A DNA stretch of 64,000 nucleotides from Candidatus Magasanikiibacteriota bacterium (lineage in GTDB: Bacteria > Patescibacteriota > Patescibacteriia > Magasanikbacterales > 2-02-FULL-50-9b): positions 431 to 64,430 of the forward strand of contig CAITMK010000004.1 in assembly GCA_903893485.1 (NCBI GenBank), given 5' to 3'. Shown here piece after piece: positions 57,272 through 64,000 of this stretch (its first letter is position 1; each line of letters begins with the position of its first letter). The notes beneath the pieces were generated by a model that ran no database searches, was not told where the DNA came from, and worked only from the letters and a program-made list of their open reading frames with translations. Both the position numbers and the translations under genes were made by a program.

Positions 57272-57861
57272 AAAATAGTATTAATCGCTTTTTCATGGCG
57301 CGAATCAAGCACTTCGTAAATAAAACGATCCATGAGTTGGCGGCGTTCTTCGAATTCGCGCAGCGGCATAATCGCATAACGCACAGCGATTCCATGATCG
57401 TGTTCAAATTCATTCATGATTTTTGTTAGCTCGTGTGCAGGCACCGTACCAACGATGAGCATGTCGACTGAAGTATTTGCATTCGTAAATGATCCGGTAA
57501 AAAGCAAAAGTTTAATATCACCCAAACCAACAATTTGATTACGCAAAGAATCTTCGCCAAGCACATGTGATTTTAAAAGTAGCGCGCGCAATTCTGGATA
57601 CAGTGGTGACGCCTCGTTCAATCGATAATATTTTCGTTTTGCTTCGTGTGCATCTTCGGCCTCGCCGGTAAGATTCTCTGGCGCATCAACCGCAGCAATA
57701 ATTCCTGAATTGGTTAAATGCGTCAGTTCACGGCGAACTGCGTTAATCTGTGTATCTGCCAAACGGGTCAATTCGCGCACAAAAAAATGCCTTTGCGGTT
57801 CACGATAAAAAAGGCGGAGAAGTTTGACGCGAGTTCTGGAGCCAAAAAGATGGTCAAGCAT
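57268..57861 (-). CDS. Winged-helix plus nucleotidyltransferase-fold hypothetical regulator.
   Basis: 197 aa. N-terminal HTH (FVRELTRLADTQINAVRRELTHL), C-terminal NTase-like region. Confidence 0.35.
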   Translation of the reverse strand: MLDHLFGSRTRVKLLRLFYREPQRHFFVRELTRLADTQINAVRRELTHLTNSGIIAAVDAPENLTGEAEDAHEAKRKYYRLNEASPLYPELRALLLKSHVLGEDSLRNQIVGLGDIKLLLFTGSFTNANTSVDMLIVGTVPAHELTKIMNEFEHDHGIAVRYAIMPLREFEERRQLMDRFIYEVLDSRHEKAINTIL

Positions 57862-57904
57862 GTGTATCTATAGTATACTTGGGGCAAGCCCCCTGGTCAA
57901 TGGT

Positions 57905-59968
57905 ATGAATGAACGACTTTCCCTTCAAATTAACGATTTTTTAATCGAGGGACGTGACGAAGAAAAATCGCACGTCATCCTAGAAATCGCAAAACCCGTG
58001 CCCGAGGAACTCCTCACACACGGGCATTTTATTGCTTTGGCTGAAATGGCCGGCGCAACCCCAAAAACAATCAACATGGTTCGCGCCTGGGTTGAATTTG
58101 CGATTGATGCATTTTACGGATCCGTTCCAAGCAACCTTGAACAACATTTTGAAGATTTGCTGCAGCGTTTAAATACACAAAGTTCATTATATTTAAAACA
58201 ACACCCCGAAACACAGCTGCACATGGCGATTTTGGCCATTCGTGGTACCGATGTGCTTCTTTCATTTCATGGCGCACCAAGTGTGCTTCTTTTATATCGC
58301 AAACAAGATTCGTGGCATTCCATGAATTTAGCTGAAGCCGATGCAGCGCCTGCTGCCCTGTTTTCGAACGTGCTTACGGGCACACTGCGCCCCGGCGATC
58401 GTATGTGTCTTGCATCAGGCCGTGTCATCGAATTTTTCTCGGCCGATCGCATTGCAAAACTGTGCGAAACAAAATCAACTGCCGAAGTAGCCGAGCACAT
58501 GGCACGGATTTTAAACGATCTTGCAGCCGACGTTTCTTTTGCAGGCGCGTGTATTGAGTTGGAAAAAATTATCGAACCAGAACCCGAAGCGGAATTACCC
58601 GCACGCGTTGCTGAAGCGCCACAAAAAAAATCAATTCATTCGATGAAAGAGTTGTTGCAAAAAACTACATCCACCGAATCTCTTTTATCGCCGCCGGTTA
58701 TTTCAATTTCAAAAGATAAAGTGGTAACCGATACTTTGCGCATTGTGCAGCGTGGTGCGGTTGCGGTTGGACGCGTCACGGTTGGTGCAATTCAAAGTAC
58801 TGCCACATTTACCAAACGTAGCACGCCGCATGTTTCACGCGTCTGTCGTTCTACCTGGCAACATGTTCATAAGTTTTTAGACGCGCGCGCTCCAAACTCG
58901 CGCAAAAATATTCAAATTGGCGTTGGCGCAATTGCCGCAATTTTACTTATTGGTGGTGGTGTTTTATTTTATCGGAGCCACGCCGCGGGTATTGCCGCCG
59001 ATCGAGCAGCACTTGCAGAAATTCAAAATGGTGTACAAGCAGCAGATGGTGCAATTACGTTTCAAAATTCAAGCCGCGCAATCGAATTAATTACCACCGC
59101 GCGCAGCCAATTTAATTTACTTTCAAAAAATGCACAGTCCGGCACTGATGGTGTTGCACTTGAGGCGTCGATCACGAACGAAGAATTAAAAATTTATCGC
59201 GTAACACCCGTTGCATTTGAGCAAGTTGCGCCGCATACCGACGCAACACAAATTGCCGTTGTGCGTTCAACACCATTTACACTTTCTGTGGATGGCGCGC
59301 TCAGCACCATGCGCAACGGCGCGCTCACCGCGGCAATTTCAGTGCCTGCAAAAACCAACATGTTGTTCGATCCTGATGGCGATCGATTATTATTCCCTGG
59401 CTTAGACGGCTCAATTAAGGCGGTTGCATCGCGCACCATGGTGGCGACTGATTTAAAAATTGATCATCCTGCAGAGCAAACACATTTTGATGCAATGCAA
59501 ATTTATTCTGGGCGCTTGTACGTGTACGACAGTGCGCTACAAAAAATTTATCGCTACGACAAAACGCCAACTGGTTTTGGCAATGGTACTTCGTGGATTA
59601 AAGATAGTGGCAAACCGATGGGCGTAACCGCGCTACAAGCCGACACCTCGCTGTGGATGCTCACCAACGTTGGCGCACTTTTGAAATACACTGCCGGTAA
59701 GGCGCAACTTTTTCACCCAAGCGGCGCGGTGCCCGAATTGCAACACATCGATTCGTTTCAACTTGGTGGCGGCTCAAATAATTTGTATATTTTGGATCAC
59801 GCAAATAATCGCATTGCGGTTTTGGATCGCAGTGGCGCGCTGGTTAAGCAATATCGCTTCCCTGCAGGCAGCAATTTGCGCGCGTTTGATATTGATGATA
59901 AAGAAACGACGATTTTTGGGATTTCGGATGATGGAAAGTTAATTAAATTTGCAGTTTCGGCGCAGTAA
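57905..59968 (+). CDS. Large hypothetical membrane protein. Cytoplasmic N-domain, single TM, extracellular beta-propeller (NHL/YVTN-like) domain.
   Basis: TM helix IQIGVGAIAAILLIGGGVLFY. C-terminal repeats such as NNLYILDHANNRIAVLD. Start at MNERL avoids overlap with the upstream gene. Confidence 0.5.
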   Translation: MNERLSLQINDFLIEGRDEEKSHVILEIAKPVPEELLTHGHFIALAEMAGATPKTINMVRAWVEFAIDAFYGSVPSNLEQHFEDLLQRLNTQSSLYLKQHPETQLHMAILAIRGTDVLLSFHGAPSVLLLYRKQDSWHSMNLAEADAAPAALFSNVLTGTLRPGDRMCLASGRVIEFFSADRIAKLCETKSTAEVAEHMARILNDLAADVSFAGACIELEKIIEPEPEAELPARVAEAPQKKSIHSMKELLQKTTSTESLLSPPVISISKDKVVTDTLRIVQRGAVAVGRVTVGAIQSTATFTKRSTPHVSRVCRSTWQHVHKFLDARAPNSRKNIQIGVGAIAAILLIGGGVLFYRSHAAGIAADRAALAEIQNGVQAADGAITFQNSSRAIELITTARSQFNLLSKNAQSGTDGVALEASITNEELKIYRVTPVAFEQVAPHTDATQIAVVRSTPFTLSVDGALSTMRNGALTAAISVPAKTNMLFDPDGDRLLFPGLDGSIKAVASRTMVATDLKIDHPAEQTHFDAMQIYSGRLYVYDSALQKIYRYDKTPTGFGNGTSWIKDSGKPMGVTALQADTSLWMLTNVGALLKYTAGKAQLFHPSGAVPELQHIDSFQLGGGSNNLYILDHANNRIAVLDRSGALVKQYRFPAGSNLRAFDIDDKETTIFGISDDGKLIKFAVSAQ

Positions 59969-59970
59969 TT

Positions 59971-60107
59971 TTTCTTTTATCCTCTGAGGAGACGCGTCAG
60001 TTTCCCCGGCGGGAAACTGCGCTCGGCCTCGGCGCGGCTCGTCTTGGCTTCGCCAAGACTCCGGCCCGCCGCGCCTGCGGATGCTCCTCAGCGAACAAAA
60101 GAAAAAC
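59971..60107 (+). repeat. Structured GC-rich palindromic repeat, copy A.
   Basis: Flanking IR tttcttttat..ctgaggag / ctcctcag..aaaagaaaaac. Core hairpins cagtttccc-cggc-gggaaactg and gtcttggc-ttc-gccaagac. About 91% identical to copy B. Confidence 0.8.
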
Positions 60108-60199
60108 TTGCCCCAAAAAAATGCAAACGCCCACGCCGCCGTAAAGAAAGTTAGGAAATTTGTATACAGCATGTTTATGTGAACACGGGGGCAATCAAT

Positions 60200-60964
60200 T
60201 CATTTAACCGATTCCATCGACTTGTCTTTATTATTGTATAATTTTCTAATCAACTTTCCAATTTCCATTCTCATTTCATTTGTAATCCCAACTGTTGACT
60301 GGAGATTGTTGCTCCATGCATAAATCTTAATTATTTTGGTTGATAGTGACAAATCAAATTCATAAATGTCACAAGTCTTTTTTGCAACCAGTAGTTTTTC
60401 ATGCCTGATCGGTGTCGGCTTAAAATAGTTTTTAAAAATCTCTGTTGCTTCTTTGCCATTTATTAACAAAATTTCAACCCTTTCTTCTATAAGCTGCCTC
60501 TCCAAAAAGATAATATTACTTTGGATAAGCTGTTTTTTTGTTAAATAATCTAAACTTCTCCAAATTGGATCTGTCGCCCATTGAATAATATCTAAATGGC
60601 AGGCCGTACCTGTATAATAAGAAACAGAAAAACCTTTAAGAATATTGTTTTCTAATTGGTCGAACCATTTTTTATACGGATTATTTTGGAAATACTTTAA
60701 ACAAGTGTCAAATACTTTTTCAGCTTGTGCCTGTGTTAAACTTGATAAACTGTTTGCATTAAGAGAACTTAATGTTTCAAGCCTTCTTTGTTTTTCGACT
60801 AATTCTTTGCCGTCTTTTTGAAACTCATTTTTGCTTGGATTTATTCCAAGCGTTGCAACGGTTGCGTTTTTAATATTTCCAAAAAACACAATCGGAGTCG
60901 ACCCACCTACAATAAATGAATTGTTTGCATTTGTCCTAATTCTTAATTCTGTGATTTTTTTCAT
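60200..60964 (-). CDS. AT-rich hypothetical protein (254 aa), possible UDG-superfamily fold.
   Basis: About 33% GC. FFGNIKNATVATLGINPSKNEFQKDGKELV aligns to UDG family-4/MUG motif A (vFGEGnpdAklmivGEgPGeeED.tG.PFv, GINPG in MUG). Bracketed by inverted repeat copies A and C. Confidence 0.45.
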   Translation of the reverse strand: MKKITELRIRTNANNSFIVGGSTPIVFFGNIKNATVATLGINPSKNEFQKDGKELVEKQRRLETLSSLNANSLSSLTQAQAEKVFDTCLKYFQNNPYKKWFDQLENNILKGFSVSYYTGTACHLDIIQWATDPIWRSLDYLTKKQLIQSNIIFLERQLIEERVEILLINGKEATEIFKNYFKPTPIRHEKLLVAKKTCDIYEFDLSLSTKIIKIYAWSNNLQSTVGITNEMRMEIGKLIRKLYNNKDKSMESVK

Positions 60965-61176
60965 AATTTATTCAAGAATGAAGAAGAGGTTGGGTCCACA
61001 TGCAGCTCGCAATATTACCTTCTTACCATACTGCTATAGCCTTGTAGAAGACTTTTTATTTGCTCTGTCTCGGTTGATTTTGTAATTACTTCCCCGTAGC
61101 CGCAGTCTATCATATGTTATCCGTATAATACAAAAAGGAAATAAGCCTCCCTGAAGGATTTTTATTTTGAGGTTCA

Positions 61177-61318
61177 TTTTTCTCTTTTGTTTTTTTCGGA
61201 GATATCCGGAGGCGCGGCGGGCTGGTGTCTTGCCGAAGGCAAGACGAGCCGAGCCGGGGTTAAGCGCAAAATCGCGCTGGCGATTTTGACGCGGCTCCGA
61301 AAAAAACAAAAGAGAAAA
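61177..61318 (-). repeat. Structured GC-rich palindromic repeat, copy C, opposite orientation to A and B.
   Basis: Perfect 24-bp terminal IR ttttctcttttgtttttttcggag / ctccgaaaaaaacaaaagagaaaa. RC core retains the ggag-cgcgtca start. Hairpins caaaatcgc-cagc-gcgattttg and gtcttgcc-ttc-ggcaagac covary with A and B. Confidence 0.8.
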
Positions 61319-61379
61319 TTCGTAGCGCAAAACAAAAAACCGCCCTTTCGAGCGGCCTTTTTGTTTCGGAAAAGAAAAA

Positions 61380-61781
61380 TTATTTAACAGCTACCTTAGC
61401 ACCTGCTTCTTCCAATTTCTTTTTCAATTCTTCTGCTTCTGCTTTGCCAACTGCTTCCTTAACAGCCTTTGGAGCTGCGTCTACGAGGCCTTTAGCTTCT
61501 GCGAGACCCAAACCGGTTACTTCGCGAACTACTTTAATAACACCGATTTTGTTTGCACCTGCTTCGAGGAGTTCAACAGTAAATTCTGTTTTTTCTTCTG
61601 CTGCAGCTGCTGGACCTGCTGCTGGACCTGCCATCATCATGGCTGGAGCTGCTGCAGATACGCCGTAGTGATCTTCAAGAACTTTAACAAGTTCTGAAAG
61701 GTCGAGAACTGAGAGCTTGTCGATTGATTCGATCAAACCAGCAAATTTTGCTGGGATTTCTTTCTTTGTTTCGTCTGACAT
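61380..61781 (-). CDS. rplL: 50S ribosomal protein L7/L12.
   Basis: 133 aa with an Ala/Pro hinge and C-terminal [17 protein letters not shown]...[10 protein letters not shown]. Confidence 0.95.
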   Translation of the reverse strand: MSDETKKEIPAKFAGLIESIDKLSVLDLSELVKVLEDHYGVSAAAPAMMMAGPAAGPAAAAEEKTEFTVELLEAGANKIGVIKVVREVTGLGLAEAKGLVDAAPKAVKEAVGKAEAEELKKKLEEAGAKVAVK

Positions 61782-61792
61782 ATATAATTAGA

Positions 61793-62320
61793 TTAAGCTT
61801 GAGCTTTTTTTTCTTCGATTGCGTGAAGCGCGGTAACAAAACCACGAGTAACGCCAGCAAGTGTACCCACGAGGCCAGACAATGGCGCATTGATAACGCC
61901 AACGAGCTGTCCGAGGAGCTGCTGTTTGGTTGGAAGTGCGGCGAGTGCTTTCACACCTGCTGCGTCAATGAATTTACCCTCGAGCAAACCGCCCAAGATT
62001 TGAATCGTTGTTACTTCTTTACCGATGTTTGCAATAAGTGTAGCGGCGCTGATTTCATCGTTCATGCCAAATGCGACTGCAACGTTGCCGTCCATAGCTT
62101 TTGCGTTGATTTCATAGCCTGCTGCTTTTGCTGCCAGTGTGATGAGTGTCTTTTTTGCCACTACATAATCAACACCAACTTTTTCTGCACCGCGACGTAC
62201 TTTTGATACATCTTTTACGGTGACGCCTTTGTAGTTTACAAAAACCACGGCTTTTGATTTCTTAAAAGCTTCGGTCAGTTCTGCAAGGGCGACTTCTTTT
62301 TGTGAGCGTGTTTTTGCCAT
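61793..62320 (-). CDS. rplJ: 50S ribosomal protein L10.
   Basis: Start at MAKTRSQKEVALAEL. The upstream 31 codons of the ORF-track call are likely leader. Confidence 0.9.
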   Translation of the reverse strand: MAKTRSQKEVALAELTEAFKKSKAVVFVNYKGVTVKDVSKVRRGAEKVGVDYVVAKKTLITLAAKAAGYEINAKAMDGNVAVAFGMNDEISAATLIANIGKEVTTIQILGGLLEGKFIDAAGVKALAALPTKQQLLGQLVGVINAPLSGLVGTLAGVTRGFVTALHAIEEKKAQA

Positions 62321-62470
62321 ACAAAAAATTTGCGGCTTAACCGCAAACGTGAGATCACCCCGACCTTTACCTAAAAGTGTAGAGTGGATGGCCTCGGCGG
62401 GACTTATGGGCATTTTTTGGCGCCCAGCCTGCTGTCTGCGGTAGTGAGGACATATTACCGAATTAAGTTG
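62321..62470 (-). promoter_or_regulatory. Probable rplJ (L10) leader / autoregulatory 5' UTR.
   Basis: About 150-nt structured untranslated region immediately upstream of rplJ (ggccatccactctacactttt...gtcggggtgatctcacgtttgcggttaagccgcaaa). By analogy with L10-leader elements, not sequence-verified. Confidence 0.3.
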
Positions 62471-62477
62471 CTTGTGT

Positions 62478-62620
62478 CAAGTCTGAAAGTTCCCTCTGGC
62501 ACACGTGTCAGTTTGCCCGGCGGCAAACTGCACTCGGCCTCGGCGCGGGCTCGTCTTGGCTGCGCCAAGACACCGGCCCGCCGCGCCTGCGGATGGTGCC
62601 AGAGGGAACTTTCAGACTTG
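62478..62620 (+). repeat. Structured GC-rich palindromic repeat, copy B.
   Basis: Perfect 25-bp terminal IR caagtctgaaagttccctctggcac / gtgccagagggaactttcagacttg. Core hairpins cagtttgcc-cggc-ggcaaactg and gtcttggc-tgc-gccaagac. Confidence 0.85.
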
Positions 62621-62652
62621 AGTAACTCAATCCGGTAATTAACCACAAAATA

Positions 62653-62681
62653 TTGACAAAATGGCTAAAATGTGATATATT
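62653..62681 (+). promoter_or_regulatory. Near-consensus sigma70 promoter TTGACA-17-TATATT.
   Basis: ttgaca aaatggctaaaatgtga tatatt, 75 nt upstream of the 62757 ATG. GGAG SD at 62747-62750. Confidence 0.6.
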
Positions 62682-62756
62682 GCTACGTTGTGCGATTAAG
62701 CGGTTATGCACGACCTGAGCAACAAAACCGCGAGAAATTGAAAATTGGAGGCTTTA

Positions 62757-63128
62757 ATGGATACGAGTACTACAACTACGGCGCCCTGGCATAGCCCGGA
62801 CGGAAAGGCGGATCGCATCAAGGCGATCTGGGGCGACAATGTCCCCGATTACCTCTGGTACGCGGTTTTGAACCCGCTCACGAAGGAGCAGCAGCTCGAA
62901 ATCATCGCGCTCGTCGAAAACGAGATGTTCGCGGCCGATAACCGTCCTGATTTCGGCAGCATCGAGTGGCATTTTGGCAAAGTGCCCGCTACCGAAGGCA
63001 AAACGGAACTTCGCGTGCGCGGCGCCGACAAGCTCCTGCTTTCCCTGGAAATCAAAGGAGTGACGCTGCCGCTGCATGTCGTCGGCCACAAAAGACAGCC
63101 CGCGACGCGCATCGACTTCACGGCGTAG
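62757..63128 (+). CDS. Hypothetical protein (about 123 aa), GC-rich islet 5.
   Basis: ATG start MDTSTTTTAPW after GGAG. GC about 60%. Minus-strand ORFs 62754..63455 and 62849..63145 are shadows. Confidence 0.55.
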   Translation: MDTSTTTTAPWHSPDGKADRIKAIWGDNVPDYLWYAVLNPLTKEQQLEIIALVENEMFAADNRPDFGSIEWHFGKVPATEGKTELRVRGADKLLLSLEIKGVTLPLHVVGHKRQPATRIDFTA

Positions 63129-63158
63129 CGCGCCCCGCCCGGCAATCACGCCGACCAA

Positions 63159-63203
63159 CCCCATCCCGCTTCGGTCATCGACTGGAGTGGGGTGTTTTAT
63201 TTT
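63159..63203 (+). terminator. Probable rho-independent terminator.
   Basis: ccccatcc...ggagtgggg stem followed by tgttttatttt. Confidence 0.45.
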
Positions 63204-63604
63204 ACAAAAATTTAAATAAAAAAACACCTCATACTCCTGGGCCCAGGAATATGAGGCATGGTGTGCGATCAGCTTGGCTGAGGTTTGTCGGAGGGTTTCC
63301 CTTTCCGAATACGCGACACCGTCTGTTTCGTGGAGGTATTTGCACCCCGCTGTTGCATATTGAGCTGCTTGTGGCGGGCAGAAACTTGCGCTCCTGCTGA
63401 GAGTGCGCAAAGGGTACCCAGTTAACCACAGCACTGTTTCGTGCAGCCCATACAACCGAACCCACCGACAAGGAGTTTAACCCTGTCATCGCAACTGCAC
63501 GTCCCACAAGGGGTTCGATGCACTGCGCGATTTGCCCGCACGGACACCATCGGTGGTTTTTCAGACTGTTAAAATAGTACGTTACTTTTGGGATAGCGTC
63601 AAGA

Positions 63605-63633
63605 TTGACAAATACCCTATTCTGTTGTAGTGT
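63605..63633 (+). promoter_or_regulatory. Sigma70-like promoter TTGACA-17-TAGTGT.
   Basis: ttgaca aataccctattctgttg tagtgt. AGGAG SD before the ATG at 63674. Confidence 0.5.
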
Positions 63634-63673
63634 TTGGGCGACCGAATCGTTCCGACACAAACAGGAGAACACC

Positions 63674-64000
63674 ATGAAACGTAACTGGTCCGTGATCAAT
63701 CTGCTCGGAGACGACGAGCTGTGGAAAAGACTGGCTTTTGAGCTCGACCCCAAGAATCTTGCGGAGCTGCAGCGACAGTACCCCATGTTTTTCATGGAAG
63801 GCGCGGACGACGGGCCGCGGCGGTTTCCGCTGTCGCAGCTGCGCGCACTGGCAAGAACAGACCCGAAAATGCCATCGAACTGCTCCATCCTTGTTCGCGA
63901 GAAAAAAACAGCGAAATACCCCAAGCGTGTTACCGAGTATCCGCACGTTTCGTATCGCGGCGATATTGAGGGCATGCGTCCACCCTACGACCTTGTTGAC
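63674..64000 (+). CDS. Hypothetical protein, 5' part only. The gene runs off the window end.
   Basis: MKRNWSVINLLGDDELWKRLAFELDPKNLAELQRQYPMFFMEGADDG... is open to the window end. Good SD. GC-rich. The minus ORFs over this span are compositional shadows. Confidence 0.5.
   Translation, partial: MKRNWSVINLLGDDELWKRLAFELDPKNLAELQRQYPMFFMEGADDGPRRFPLSQLRALARTDPKMPSNCSILVREKKTAKYPKRVTEYPHVSYRGDIEGMRPPYDLVD

Noticed and set aside
59971-62620. Interpretation of the repeat copies as integron attC sites.
   Set aside because: There are no RYYYAAC / GTTRRRY core sites and no integrase. The cargo genes carry their own promoters.
62754-63975. Minus-strand ORFs of 233, 248, 109 and 98 aa across the terminal GC-rich region.
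   Set aside because: They have Ser/Arg-rich low-complexity translations and lack RBSs. They overlap well-supported plus-strand genes and the non-coding structured region.
1-64000. CRISPR array.
   Set aside because: No series of regularly spaced short direct repeats was seen anywhere in the window.

Overview
This 64-kb window looks like a small, low-GC (about 43-48%) bacterial genome that uses the standard genetic code. Several features point to a Candidate Phyla Radiation (Patescibacteria) organism: DUF5652 and DUF4012 proteins, an archaeal-type ProRS, a eukaryote-like IleRS, and a type IV prepilin peptidase, all without respiratory complexes. This placement is inference only.

The housekeeping backbone includes:
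- the hrcA-grpE-dnaK operon with a perfect CIRCE operator
- yidC, ndh, ileS, proS, glyQS, tpiA, frr, holB, mreB, ppa, uppP, engB, rplJ-rplL and rpmG
- four tRNAs: Trp-CCA, Thr-TGT, Tyr-GTA and Thr-GGT

Several accessory features sit on top of that backbone.

1. A family of three ~140-nt GC-rich structured palindromic repeats lies around rplJL. Each copy sits inside its own terminal inverted repeat, and the internal hairpins show compensatory covariation. Two inverted copies bracket an AT-rich gene whose product resembles a uracil-DNA-glycosylase-fold protein, forming a MITE-flanked cassette.
2. A 3' fragment of a diversity-generating-retroelement (DGR) type reverse transcriptase sits next to tRNA-Trp. 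It has the LGNLTSQ motif-4 signature, the DIRKFF and YADD motifs and a downstream terminator. Its 5' half has been replaced by a GC-rich single-gene cassette. No template-repeat/variable-repeat pair is detectable.
3. At least six GC-rich (55-60%) single-gene islets are scattered between core genes. Each is driven by a near-consensus TTGACAaa-N17-TAnnnT promoter. One carries a G9 tract in its ribosome-binding site and another an A9/T9 tract in its promoter spacer.
4. A set of large hypothetical proteins shares an N-terminal V-x-x-D-x-V-R-x-A-L-H-x-S motif. It includes a GT-A glycosyltransferase fusion and a possible papain-like protease, and these are candidate secreted effectors.
5. An ApbE flavin-transferase sits with a secreted SGAT-motif FMN-binding protein and a membrane ferredoxin-reductase-like (FNR) oxidoreductase. 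This looks like a flavin-based extracytoplasmic electron-transfer module.

No CRISPR array, integrase or transposase was seen.
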